Shown here piece by piece: positions 34,020 through 49,457 of a DNA stretch of 64,000 bases. The stretch is from Eledone cirrhosa (taxonomy: Eukaryota). The number at the start of each line of letters is the position of its first letter. Within the stretch, counting starts at the first letter, position 1. The notes beneath the pieces were generated by a model. It was not told the origin of the DNA. It saw only the letters and a program-made list of their open reading frames with translations, and searched no databases. The translations under genes and the position numbers were made by a program. The DNA is taken from assembly GCA_964016885.1 (NCBI GenBank), contig OZ024754.1, forward strand, positions 18,972,001 through 19,036,000, given 5' to 3'.

Positions 34020-36123
34020 TCAACAGTAGATGGTGGTACTCTCTCAAGAAAGCAATTAGAGTAGAATCGATAGGGTTTAGCAGAGAGTTAGCCTTAGAGA
34101 AAAACAAAATAGAAAGAGAACTAGTAGCTAAGGTAGAGGAGGCACTTAGAAGTGGCAACGCGGCTAAAGTGTTAGGGTCGAGAACGGCACTGGACCAGTT
34201 CTTCGATGCGAAACACGAAGGCTGCGTGGTCAGAAGCAAAACACGTGCTCTAGGAAACGAAGGAGCGAAAGCTGTCAGCTGGGCCCGAGTGGCGGAGGCA
34301 AAAAAGTGGCAACAAGTCCACGATTCGGTCAAGGTGAACGGCTACCTATCGGAGCCGTTCGCAATCACGCGTTCCATTCGACAGGGATGCCCTCTCTCCT
34401 CCATTCTGTATGTATTGACTCTAGAGCCACTACTGCGGAAATTGGAGCTGTTGCAGGGCATCCCCCTAGAACCGGGACTGTGCAAAGCGGCGTCGGCTTA
34501 TGCCGACGACGTGACAGTAATGGTGTCGAGCACCTCGGAAATCGGGGTGATCGGCAACATACTGAAAGAATACGAAACGCTGACGGGAGCAAAACTAAAC
34601 CCAGACAAGTCTGTCGGTTTGCAACTCGGTACGTGGAGAGGCAAACCGATGACATCCGACAGCGTCGTTGGACGCTGGACGGACGGACCGGTGAAATTGC
34701 TCGGGGTCTGGTTCGGTCCAGACCTCCAGGTGGAGAAAAACTGGAACGAGGTCACGGCCAAGGTGTTTGCACTCACTCAGAAGTGGGCAGAGTGCAAACT
34801 GTCCTTGAAAGGTCGAGCGGAGGTGGCGAACACTTTCATAGCGTCCGTCATCTACTACCGCTTGACTGTCGTGCCTTGTCCCCGTGAACACCTCGCCAAG
34901 ATGGAACGCATGCTCTTCCAGTTTCTGTGGAAGAAGCAGGCTCCGCTGGTGAGGAGATCCGTCTGCTGTCAGCACCCTTCCAACGGAGGGCTGGGAATGC
35001 CGTGGCTGATGATGCGCAAACATGCGCTGAGGCTGCGGCATCTCCAGGTATTCCTCACCGACCCCCAACCGGTGTGGGCACCGTTTGTGAGACAGGCTTT
35101 CCCACAGCTCGTCTCGCTAACGGAGCTGCAGTCCTGGGTGAAGAAAAGACCGAAAACGATGGGCGCCTGGCACATTGAATGCGCTCAGGCGCTCACAGTC
35201 CTCTGGCAAGCGGGCGCAGCAATCAGTGTAGACTCCACTTCGACATTCTATAGAGGGATTGTACGTTACAAGGGCGACGACGTGCTCGGAGAGACTCTGG
35301 GCGTCGAAGACGATGAGCTCACCAGTATGTTTGGTAGGACTTTCCGCCCGGGACCTATGGACAACTTCCAGAGGTCCCTGGCCTGGCAGTGCTACCGAGG
35401 AGCTCTACCGGTTCGTGACAAGATCTACAGGTACGGACGCCCTGGCAGGGATCCTTCCAAGAGGACGTGTCCAAGATGTGCGCAGGACATTGAAACAGTT
35501 CTGCACGCAATTGTACACTGCCCGGGCGTAAGCGACCTGTGGAACTATGCAGAACAACTGCTGTCGCGTATGGGACAAATACAGTTGACTGCTGAGTCCA
35601 TAGTAAGGATCAAACCGCAGAGACTCTTTCAAAAACGTAAGAGAGGCGGTTTTCCTCTGTACGGTGGCTATGGTGAAAGAAGTTATATGGTGGATGAGGT
35701 TGAGAGGACTGAGGACAGATGCCTTTCTCTCCGGACAACAATTGATTCCATTCTTTAAGTATCACTTTAGAAGGAGAATCAGGGTGGAGAGAGAGGCACT
35801 GCACCCCAGTAAATTTACTGAAAGGTGGGTGAATGAAGCGAAAATGGCCCGAGTGATTGGGCCTTCTCTGTTTATAAGCCTGTAGGTTGAGGAAGAGAGC
35901 AAAAAGAAGAAAGGAGCACTTGCACAACACGCTCCTTGAGTTGAGGGTTGTTCTATCGACGGGGTATGAAACAACCCATTTGTGGCGCCTCCCCCCTATT
36001 GGGGATTTCGATTGTTGAAATTGTTTGTTTGTTTTTATATTTTTTACACGACTGTATGTAAAATCCCCGGCATGTCTTTGTATTGTCCCCTTTCTTGTTG
36101 CGCCCTTGTGGCTAATAAAGAAA
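34020..36123 (+). mobile_element. E8: 5'-truncated, internally deleted Tx1-like element (divergent subfamily D)
   Basis: starts at NSRWW; ~750-nt deletion at 34327-34330; YADD; zinc finger CPRCAQDIETVLHAIVHC; tail GGCTAATAAAGAAA then (TATC)n. Confidence 0.92.
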
Positions 36124-36154
36124 TCTATCTATCTATCTACTATCTATCTATCTA

Positions 36155-36233
<79 letters not shown>

Positions 36234-36255
36234 CTATCTATCTACTATCTATCTA

Positions 36256-36286
<31 letters not shown>

Positions 36287-36289
36287 CTT

Positions 36290-36333
<44 letters not shown>

Positions 36334-36380
36334 CTATCTATCTATCTATCTATCTATCTATATATCTATCTATCTATCTA

Positions 36381-36443
<63 letters not shown>

Positions 36444-36505
36444 CTATCTATCTATCTATCTACTATCTATCTACTATCTACTATCTATCTATCTATCTAT
36501 CTATC
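36124..36505 (+). repeat. (TATC)n spacer E8/E9
   Basis: direct reading. Confidence 0.95.
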
Positions 36506-39500
36506 TAAGGATAAGGACTTTTTAAGTTGTCCAAAAATGCGCATGGTTGGCTATTCAGACCACAAATTAGTGACCTGCATGGTCAACCTTGACAGAACTC
36601 ATAGACAGGGCCCCGGTTACTGGAAGCTCAACTTGTCCTTGCCGGCAAGTAGAGCCTACAGGAATCGGATTAGTACGTTAGTTAAGGAACGGTTGACTGG
36701 AGCGATCGTCAACAGCAGGTGGTGGGTATCTCTAAAGAGAGAGATTAGAGTAGTCTCGATAGAATTTAGTAAGGTTCTAGCTGCGGATAGGAATAGGAAG
36801 GAAAGGGAGCTAATAGATAGAGTAGAAGAGGCAATTAGAAGCGGCGACGTGGCCAGAGTGCTAGCGTCGAGAACGGCTTTGAGCCAGTTTTTCGACGCGA
36901 AGCACGAAGGCTGCGTTGTCCGAAGTAAAATACGTGCTCTAGGGAACGAGGGGACCAAAGCTGTTAGCTGGGCCCGCGTGACAGAGGCCAACAGTGGAAC
37001 TAAATCCACCATCCGGTCTTTGCGATACCTGGATGGACGGGCGATTCTTGAGCCTAAGCAGATGTGTGAGGCCTTTCAAAGGCACTTTGCCCGACTGTTC
37101 GGGAGGGGCGGGGAGCCGGTTGGGAACGTGGACTTCGGTCCATACCTCGACGGCCTGCCGCGCCTCTCGGACAGGGAGGCGAAGTCCTGCGAGGAGCCGA
37201 TTTCGGCCGCTGAGATAGAGGACGTGCTGAGCCAATGCGGCAAACGCAAATCCCCGGGTCTCGATGGTCTTCCTTACGAATTATATCTAGCTATGCCGGA
37301 CTTGTTCCCCGATCTCCTCGAGGCGGTCTACTGCAACTGGCAACAGAACGGGAGAATTCCCTGTACTGTGACCAAGGGCGTAGTCACGCTAGTGAGGAAG
37401 GACGAGAACAAGGGGGACGAAATAAGTAACTTCAGGCCCATAACTCTGCTAAATACAGAGTTACAGATTTTGGTCAAGGTGCTAGCAAAGAGGTTGGCGC
37501 TTGTCGTGGGCAACCTGGTGGGAGATGCGCAGACATGCGCTATCCCATCCAGGTCCATCCATGACAACCTCCACCTCATGCGATACATCATAGAGAGGGT
37601 TGGGAACAAACCCGGCTTTGGTGGGGCTCTGATCAACTTGGATCAATCTAAGGCGTTCGATAGGGTCGACCATGGTTACCTGGATGCGGTGCTAGCGGCG
37701 GCAGGCTTCGGGCCCGTTTTCAGGGGCTGGATCACTGCTATGCACAGCAGCCGCATCTGCTCTAGGGTCAAGGTGAACGGCTACCTCTCGGAGCCGTTCA
37801 AAATCGCGCGGTCCATCCGACAAGGGTGCCCTCTCTCCTCCCTTCTGTATGTGTTGACTCTCGAGCCACTACTGCGGAAGTTGGTGTTGTTGCAGGGCAT
37901 CCCTTTGGAACCGGGATTGCGGAAAGCGGTGTCGGCCTACGCCGATGACGTGACAGTAATGGTGTCGACGGCCTCCGAAATCGAGGCGGTCGGCACCTTA
38001 CTGGAGGAGTACGAAAAGTTCACAGGGGCTAAGCTGAACCGGGACAAGTCGATCGGTTTGCAACTCGGCACGTGGAGGGGCAGACCGATGCCCTCCGATG
38101 GCGTCGTCGGACGCTGGACGGAGGGCCCGGTGAAGTTGCTCGGGGTCTGGTTCGGACCAGACCTCCAGGTGGAGAAAAACTGGGCGGAGGTGATGAACAG
38201 GGTGTTTGCACTGACCCAGAAGTGGGCCAGTTGCAAACTATCCCTGAAAGGTCGGGCGGAGGTGGCGAACACCTACATAGCGTCCGTCATCTACTACCGC
38301 CTGACCGTAGTGCCCTGCCCAAGGGAAACCCTCACCAAGATGGAGCGCGCTCTCTTCCAATTCCTTTGGAAGAGGCGGGCTCCTATGGTGAGGAGATCCA
38401 TCTGCTGTCAACACCCTTCGCAAGGAGGGCTGGGGATGCCGTGGCTAATGATGCGTAAACACGCATTAAGGCTATGGCACCTCTACGTATTCCTCACCGG
38501 ACAACCGGTGTGGGCCTCGTTTGTGAGACGAACCTTTCCCAGACTCGTCTCACTCACCGAGCTGCAATCCTGGGTCAAGCAAAGACCGAGAAAACTGGGC
38601 ACCTGGCACACAGAGTGTGCCCAGGCGCTCACCGCCCTCTGGCAGGCGGATCCGGTTATCAGTGGATACTCCACCGCAACATTCTATAGAGGGCTGGTAC
38701 GCAGCAGGTGCGACGACGCCCTCGGAGAAGCCCTAGACATGGAGGAGGACGAACTGGCCAGCCTGTTCGGTAGGACATTCAGCCCGGGACCCATGGATAG
38801 CTTCCAGAGGTCCCTATCCTGGCAGTGCTACCGAGGGGCTCTGCCCGTTCGAGAAAGGCTCTACAGACACGGGCGCCCGGGCAGGGATCCCTCAAAAAAG
38901 ATTTGCCCTAGATGCGTGCGTCACGAAGAAACCGTAGCGCACGCATTGGTGCAATGTCTGGGCATGGCTGATCTGTGGGGCTACGCCGAACAACTGCTGT
39001 CGCGGGTGGCGCCGATTAAATTGACCGCCGAGTCCGTGATGACAATCAAACCGCCTCCCCTCTTCACAAAGGAAGCAAAGGCGGTTTTTCTGTGCGTAAT
39101 AGCCATGTTGAAAGAGGTTGTTTGGTGGACACGATTGAAAGGTCTGAGGTCAGGCAACTTCCTCTCTGGCCATAGTCTGGTCTACTTCTTCCGATATCAC
39201 TTCGGAAGAAGGATAAGAATGGAGAGAGAGGTGCTTGGCCACAGGCAGTTTTATGAAAGGTGGGTGATAGTGGCGAGAATGGCTCGTGTAAATGGGCCTT
39301 CTCTGTATACCATCCTGTAGGTAAAGAAGTAAAGGAGAGGGGAGCACCTTCTCCATGTGCTCCCCGGGCAAAGGATTGCACACTTTTTCGGGGGTGTGTG
39401 CAACCCCCATCACGTCCCCTCCCTTTTGAGGTTATTTTCGATTATTTTCATGTTACACCCTTTTTACTCGATTATATGTAAACTCCCCCTTTGTATTTGT

Positions 39501-39534
39501 CCCTTCTTTTTATGCCTTTATGGTAAATAAAGAA

Positions 39535-39535
<1 letters not shown>
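36506..39535 (+). mobile_element. E9: 5'-truncated, chimeric Tx1-like element (A-type body, B-like 3' end)
   Basis: starts late in EN (KDKDFLS); open to stop at 39318-39320; identity to A drops after ~38790. Confidence 0.93.
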
Positions 39536-39587
<52 letters not shown>

Positions 39588-39608
39588 CCTATCTATCTAT
39601 CTATCTAC

Positions 39609-39675
<67 letters not shown>

Positions 39676-39700
39676 CCTATCTATCTATCTATCTATCTAC

Positions 39701-39746
<46 letters not shown>
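39536..39746 (+). repeat. terminal (TATC)n tract of the array
   Basis: direct reading; carries TACC variants rather than TAC. Confidence 0.95.
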
Positions 39747-40110
39747 CCATCAATTCATCCAGTGCTTTATGTAACAATATGTCCCTGATAATAAAAGCAA
39801 TTGTAGCTGTTTTCTAAGCGTATCATGTGGCCAGCCATGTGATTAACGCATCGTCGCAGCACCAAACAGATAGCTAAAATGAACAGGCGCATCTCATGCC
39901 AATAGTGCTATCGTTGTGACGTCTTTGTGTCTGTGTGTCTGAGCACCTCTGTGTGCATGTCAATGTGCGTGTGTTGGTATATAAATATATATATATATAT
40001 GTATATATGTGTGTGTGTGTGGGGCTGGTGGTGGAAGTAAGTATACATACATATATATATACTTATTTGACACACACACACATACACCCCCCCCCCCACA
40101 CACACATATA

Positions 40111-40262
40111 GACCGGTGAATTGGCAGAGTCATTAGAACGCCAGATAAAATGCTTTGCGGTATTCGATCGGATTCTCTGAGTTCAAATCCACCCGAAGTC
40201 AACTTTGACTTTCATCCAGTCAAGGTCAATAAAAATGTACCAGTCTAGTACTGGGGTCGATT
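40111..40262 (+). mobile_element. tRNA-like SINE (octopus-type), degenerate
   Basis: TGGCAGAGTCATTAG...GAGTTCAAATCC (A/B-box-like), then ACTTTGACTTTCATCC...GTACCAG...CTGGGGTCGAT; recurs several times in the window. Confidence 0.7.
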
Positions 40263-40307
40263 CTTCCTCAATATACAAGCGTGCATATATATATATATAT
40301 ATATTTT

Positions 40308-40449
<142 letters not shown>

Positions 40450-40485
40450 AGTAATTCTACCAATGGTGAACCACCAAATTTAAAC

Positions 40486-40531
<46 letters not shown>

Positions 40532-40912
40532 GTGTGCGAATACTTTCTAACAATCACTTCCTTATTGCCATTTGATTCAGTAGTTACCATTTCATAATTA
40601 ATGAGAAGTTGTGGCATTCATGCCTCTCCGTGTGGTTACCATAGCTATATATTGAAGGTCAAACAACGATATTCAGAACTTTACTCTACATCACACACTC
40701 TCTCTCTCTCTCTCTCTCTGTTATAATCGTAACTAAAAGTAATTTCGGTTTTTAATAGATAGCAGCACTTAGCTTTAGAGAGAGACGGACGGAAACTAAA
40801 TGTGTCGTGTATTATTTCCGAAGACATTAGTAGTAACCTTCCAATCTTCCAGGCCATGGAACCCTGAACGTCTAATAATGTCGTAGTGTCTTGGATATTT
40901 AAACCTGGTCTG

Positions 40913-40990
<78 letters not shown>

Positions 40991-41000
40991 CACCCACACT

Positions 41001-41170
41001 CCAGTACTGAACTGGTGCTTTATTAATCGATCTTGAAATGACGAAAAGCAATATTGACCTCGGCGGGATTTGGACTTGGTGAACATTGCTGGAGTGAAAT
41101 AACATTTAATTGTAACCCAAATCGTGGATTTCACTGCCTGGGAACTTACCACTAAGCTACATCAGTCGCC
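41001..41170 (-). mobile_element. same SINE family, degenerate
   Basis: reverse-complement motifs CCAGTAC..CTGGTGCTTTATT..TTGACCTCGGCGGGATTTG. Confidence 0.6.
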
Positions 41171-41317
41171 ACTACTTAAAAAAAAAAAATCATTAACATT
41201 AACTAAAACGTAAATAACAAAACCAAAACATTTACTGATATGCTTCTGGCGGATAATCTAAAAGAATTTGTCAATATTTGTCTACCATTTCATAATATAT
41301 ATTTTTATTCTTTACAT

Positions 41318-41701
<384 letters not shown>

Positions 41702-41851
41702 GCGTCCTCGACAAAGACGTGATCGATAAAATAAGTACGAGACTTGAAAAGTAAGTAATGGGGTCGATATGATTGACTAAATCGAGGCGGTGCCCCAGCA
41801 TTAAAACAATCTAATGACTGAAACCAATAAAAGAATATATATTACACATAC

Positions 41852-41900
<49 letters not shown>

Positions 41901-41990
41901 TTATTTTTCCTAATTGGCAGTTAGGCCACATCGTAGAGAAAGGTAGAACATATAATTTCTTAATGCTTGGTTAATTAATAATAATAGTAA

Positions 41991-42158
41991 TGCTTTCTGA
42001 TTTAAGCACAAAGCACAAGGCCAACAATTTTTAGTGGAGCAAAAAGTCGACTAAATCGACCCCAGTACATTGGTACTTTATTTTGTCGACCCCCGTAAGG
42101 AGGAGAGGCAAAGCTAACCTCGTCGGTATTTGAACCCAGAACGTCTACCCGCCGCCCT
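41991..42158 (-). mobile_element. same SINE family
   Basis: GCACAAGGCCA..ATCGACCCCAGTAC..GGTACTTTATTTTGTCGACCCC..TTTGAACCCAGAAC. Confidence 0.65.
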
Positions 42159-42174
42159 TTACAAAAACAACAAC

Positions 42175-42222
<48 letters not shown>

Positions 42223-43244
42223 TGTTTCTACTTTTGGCACAAGGCCAGCAATTACCCCTATTTAACGTGTACAGTCACAATATCGAAAGCATTAGATTAG
42301 AAGATGGCAATGAATGGCTGAATAGCGGAGTGTGCGTGTATAAATAGTTACAATGTGTAAATTAGTGTGTGATATTTTCCATATAAGCTATACTACGTGG
42401 GTTAGTAGTATATATGCAGTATAGTATATAGTATAATGTATAACATTGAGAATTATTTGAGTATATAACATATATAAATACATGCATGTGTTTAGTGTTT
42501 AAGTAGCTTATATAATCGTATACATACATGCATATCGAATATCAATCAGCGTGGGAAGTTAAAAGAAACGAATACTGCAAAAAAAAAAAAATGGTAGATA
42601 TTTTGTATTCCTGTATAAAATTATTCCAAAAAGAAAGAAAAATAAATTAATTAATCAACTGTTATTGGTTCTGGAGATTATTTTGCTTCCAAAATTCCCA
42701 GCCGACTGTAAACACATATTGAAAAGAAGAGCGCATTTTCGCCTGCCTAGCTTCTATCGTCTGCAACATCTCCATATATCGTCTGCTGTATCGATATGAT
42801 ATAAATCACCGTAGAGTATTCTGGATGATTCAAAGGGATTTAAAGGGATATTCTCATTTAGCAAAAAATTACTAAAGAAAAAAGCAACTATGCCATTGAA
42901 ATATATATATCGTTAATGTATATAGAACAAGGATTTGAAGCGAGGCATTTGACATTGAGGGAGAGAATTTCTCGATAGTGGACTAGAAAGAAAGGTAGGT
43001 ACCGGTAAAGAATAATCACCCAACGAGGATAAAGGAAACACAATTCAAGAACAACATCATAATTAACTGACATATCTCAATTATACAATTATGTTTCTAA
43101 TTATATAATAATATTCTATTATTGGAGTACGAGTAATTAGACTGCGGTCATTCTAGGGCACAACATTGATTTAGACGATCATATCGATATCAGTGCATAA
43201 TTCGTCAAGAGTGTAGTATATATATATATATATATACATGTATG

Positions 43245-44001
<757 letters not shown>

Positions 44002-44177
44002 TAATAATAATAAATTTGAAGACTAAAACCCAAAGAGGGCTCGATATGGATAAATATATATCAAATATATAAGAACCGTAGAGCAAATATTCATTAAAAT
44101 AACAGATTAAAGTTTCAGAAGATCCCGTTAAGGGTGAAAGCAGCGATTCTTTGCTTAAACTTTAATCTGTTATTTTA

Positions 44178-44228
<51 letters not shown>

Positions 44229-44240
44229 TATACACCCCCC

Positions 44241-44282
<42 letters not shown>

Positions 44283-44363
44283 AGGGTATTGAAGTTTGCT
44301 TGAAGCATCGTGGAATAATAAGGTATATTTCTTTAGGTCGTATTGGAAGCCTCAACAATGCAG

Positions 44364-44855
44364 ATGGGTAAATCTCCGGGTAACACACATATATATATAT
44401 ATATACACATATATATATACATATATATATACATATGGGTAAATCTCCGGGTAACACATATATATATATATATACACACATATATATACATATATATATA
44501 CATATGGGTAAATCTCCGGGTAACACATATATATATACACATATATATATACATATATATATATACATATGGGTAAATCTCCGGGTAACACATATATATA
44601 TATATACACATATATATATACATATATATATACATATGGGTAAATCTCCGGGTAACACATATATATATACACACATATATATACATATATATATACATAT
44701 GGGTAAATCTCCGGGTAACACATATATATATATATACACACATATATATACATATATATATACATATGGGTAAATCTCCGGGTAACACATATATATATAT
44801 ATACACACATATATATACATATATATATACATATGGGTAAATCTCCGGGTAACAC
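44364..44855. repeat. minisatellite: 8 copies of ATGGGTAAATCTCCGGGTAACAC separated by AT/AC microsatellite
   Basis: unit starts 44364, 44435, 44504, 44569, 44636, 44699, 44766, 44833. Confidence 0.92.
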
Positions 44856-44940
44856 ATATATATATATATATACACATATATATACATATATACATATATA
44901 CATACATACACACACACACACACGCATATATATATATAAT

Positions 44941-45097
44941 TGTTTCTACTTTAGGCACAAGGCCAGCAATTATCCCAGTGTATTACGGGTACTTTATTTT
45001 ATCGACCCTGTAAGGATGAAAGGCAAAGTTGACCTCGGCGGGATTTGAACTCAGACCAAAAATGACCGTAACTCTATGCTGCAAAGCATGGCGTCCG
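44941..45097 (-). mobile_element. same SINE family
   Basis: GGCACAAGGCCAGCAAT..GGTACTTTATTTTATCGACCC..GATGAAAGGCAAAGTTGACCTCGGCGGGATTTGAACTCAGA. Confidence 0.75.
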
Positions 45098-45431
45098 ATA
45101 TATAATTTGTGTATATATGTATTGTATAGATATATGATTATTATGTATATATAATATACATGTAAAATATATTATAATATATAAACTATATATATCTTTT
45201 ATATATTTTAGATATAATAGATATAAAATAAAAATATAGCACTTTAGTATAATATATATCATATAAAGTATATATATATGGCAAAAAAACAAACAGAAAT
45301 AACAAAGCAAACGACACAGGACAATGAAGAAACATATCAGTTTCATGCATGATATAGAATAAATGTATATAATGTAATATAAATATATAAAATTATAATG
45401 TATATGAAAATTATATATAATGTATAACAAA

Positions 45432-45593
45432 TGTCCCTTGGAAGTTTCCCCCCTATTGGGGAATTTTTCTTTGTTATTTTATTTCATCCTCTGTTTTTTT
45501 TACACGCAGAAATGCCCATTTGTACCGTCCTGTATTGTCCTGTACTGTCCTTAATGTCTACTTTATGTAAACCCTTGTGGTTAATAAAGAAAA

Positions 45594-45594
<1 letters not shown>
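45432..45594 (+). mobile_element. isolated 3' UTR of a related Tx1-like element, ending in (ATT)n
   Basis: CCCCCTATTGGGGA, TTTTTTACACG, TGTATTGTCC and CCCTTGTGG.TAATAAAGAAA in the same order as in the E8 3' UTR. Confidence 0.7.

Positions 45595-45648
<54 letters not shown>
45595..45648. repeat. (ATT)n/(TAA)n tract
   Basis: about 18 perfect units. Confidence 0.95.
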
Positions 45649-46836
<1,188 letters not shown>

Positions 46837-47094
46837 GATCGCTACCTTAGTATGGAAGCATGCCCCTGTTATTTGACATAAAGTTCTATCCTGGTCCACT
46901 TGGATCAGCCTTGCGTCAGGCTCTTGGAGAAGAAGGTTTGTATATATCCGCCCGATGAAAAATAGTCCCCTGTACGTAATTTGGCCAACAATGTACTGGA
47001 ATATATATTAATAGTTATTTTGTATAACGTGTGAAATACTGTGGAACCAGGGTTAGGCTGAATTGGGTAGGGCTGAGATATGGGAAGGTATAGG

Positions 47095-47252
47095 ATTACG
47101 AATTCGTAGAATCATTAGGGCGTCGTGTAGTGTGTTTTACGGTATTCATTCCGACTCACTGTGTTCGGAGGTCAAATCTCATCATGGCCAACTTTGCCTT
47201 TCATCTTTTCATGGTCGATAAATAAAGTACCATTTACGGACTGGGGTCGATT
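47095..47252 (+). mobile_element. same SINE family, degenerate
   Basis: AGAATCATTAGGGCG..GGTCAAATC..ACTTTGCCTTTCATC..GGTCGATAAATAAAGTACCA..CTGGGGTCGAT. Confidence 0.65.
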
Positions 47253-47405
47253 CCTTTTCTATATATATCTCTCTCACTTTCTTTCTACCCCCCTCTCCCT
47301 CTCTCTGTATATATATATATATAAGTATATATATAAATACATATATATATATATGCGTGTGTGTGTATGTATATATATACAGAGGGCTTGCTTCGAAGTC
47401 ACTAG

Positions 47406-47498
47406 ACGTATCTGAGGAACTTGCGAATCCAGAGTCAGGTTCGATCCACAAACAGATCGCACCTCGAGCTGTTCACCAGAGAAACAATTGTAATACGT
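47406..47498 (+). ncRNA. type I hammerhead-ribozyme-like motif (Penelope pLTR type)
   Basis: stem I ACGTAT/ATACGT; core CTGAGGA (47412) and GAAA (47481); palindromic stem III ACAATTGT; GUA triplet; long imperfect stem II. Confidence 0.55.
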
Positions 47499-47543
47499 AA
47501 TACATTGTGTTCCGATGCATCACTGATTCTTCGTCTTCCATTT

Positions 47544-47779
<236 letters not shown>

Positions 47780-47855
47780 TACCCACTCTACTACCCTAAG
47801 TATTGAGTACTTTGGTGCGTTATGGTCCACCTGGTTCCTTACCACATTTCCCTCG

Positions 47856-47901
<46 letters not shown>

Positions 47902-47921
47902 CACCTTCTTTCTCTCTCTCT

Positions 47922-47989
<68 letters not shown>

Positions 47990-48046
47990 TTCTATATCTT
48001 TATGTATATATATATCTTTATGTATTAGTTTTGCGAGGTTTTTTAT

Positions 48047-48295
48047 ATGAAATCGTGTGTCGAAACAGATATTGTTATATTTGGGGAGGTACTATACGAA
48101 CATGCTAGACAACAACATGACGGTAACATAGACAACATAGAAATTAGAATAATATCTAAACATAGGAATGACCCAGCAGATAGGCAAATCAGAGAGGCCA
48201 GTGAAATAGAAATTAGAAGACCAAAGCTAAACAGAAAGAATGAGTGGAACAACAACAACACCCAAACAAACAACACTGACCTAAGAGAAGTATAA
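48047..48295 (+). mobile_element. 3' end of a Penelope-like element ORF (C-terminal GIY-YIG region)
   Basis: LYEHARQQH..IRIIS..RQIREASEI..PKLNRKNEW resembles PLE endonuclease C-termini; hammerhead-like motif ~290 nt downstream. Confidence 0.55.
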
Positions 48296-48572
48296 ATAAG
48301 TAAATAAAATAAAATAAAATAAGATAAATAAATACATACACAAGCACAATAACAACAAGCACATAAACACACACTAGTCACCCAGCAGACACAACACTAT
48401 ACACACTAGTCACACATCACACATAACACTATACACACACGCAAACGCATGCGCAAAGAAGACAAAATAAAATAAGATAAACAAACAAGCAAATAAATAA
48501 ATAAATATATAGACAGACTGAACAAAAAAAATGGCGTAGACATACAACACAACAGGAGGAACAATGAATATA

Positions 48573-48615
48573 ACACCACTGACGATGTTGCAGATGTGCA
48601 ACGAAAGATTTATGT
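48573..48615 (+). ncRNA. hammerhead-like motif
   Basis: CTGACGA, perfect stem II GTTGCA/TGCAAC, GAAA; stems I and III degenerate. Confidence 0.45.
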
Positions 48616-49058
48616 AAATTATGTAAACTATATATATGTGTTTGTGTCTATATTGTATCTGTATTATCTTTGACCGCCGGTCAGTCAATGGCAACATTGA
48701 GGACCGAATAAGTTAGATCGCAGATATAAAAGACAGCGAGAAGCGAAAACCAACCAAACAGTGAGTGTGTTCTGTTATTAATTCTGGCAATATTACGCAA
48801 ATATGACCCTCCCCAAATATAACAATATATCTTTATGTATATATATATATAAGTGGTGAAACGAAGCGAGATTCGTATCAGCAAACCTATAGTTATAAGG
48901 TTGGTAATTTAAACTCTAATCCAGAGATTTGATTCTGACTTAGTTTTTTTCTATTTAATTGCTAAACCTGTAGATATTGTTCTCTATACAGTAACGGTAA
49001 AACTCACTTGTAATAATTCTTTACACACATCTCGCTGTGTAACACACTTCTCTTTGTG

Positions 49059-49128
<70 letters not shown>

Positions 49129-49317
49129 AACATATCAGTTTCTTTCTCTATCTTCTATACCTAAATACGTCATTTAGTCCGGATCTCTATCAATTCAACC
49201 CAATGATTATTTCCCGTTACAGTCCACTGTAATGACGTTTACCATTAACACCTTCAATTGAGTGGTTTTTGTCGAAGGTCGTTCAGTACATATAAAATAT
49301 GTTAGCCATCAATGCAT

Positions 49318-49457
49318 AGAATTGGCTGAGCCATTAGGGCGCTGGATAAGATGCTTTGCGTTTTTCATTCCGGCTCCCTTCCATATCAATTGTTAACTTA
49401 GCATTTCATTCTTTAGGGGTCGATAAGTGAAGTACCAATCAAGCATGGGGATCGATT
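49318..49457 (+). mobile_element. same SINE family, degenerate
   Basis: TTGGCTGAGCCATTAGGGCG..ATGCTTTGCG..GGGGTCGATAAGTGAAGTACCAA. Confidence 0.55.

Noticed and set aside
40111-40200. tRNA gene
   Set aside because: only A/B-box-like remnants within a repeated SINE; no cloverleaf
44364-44855. CRISPR array
   Set aside because: spacers are near-identical AT/AC microsatellite, there are no cas genes, and the context is eukaryotic
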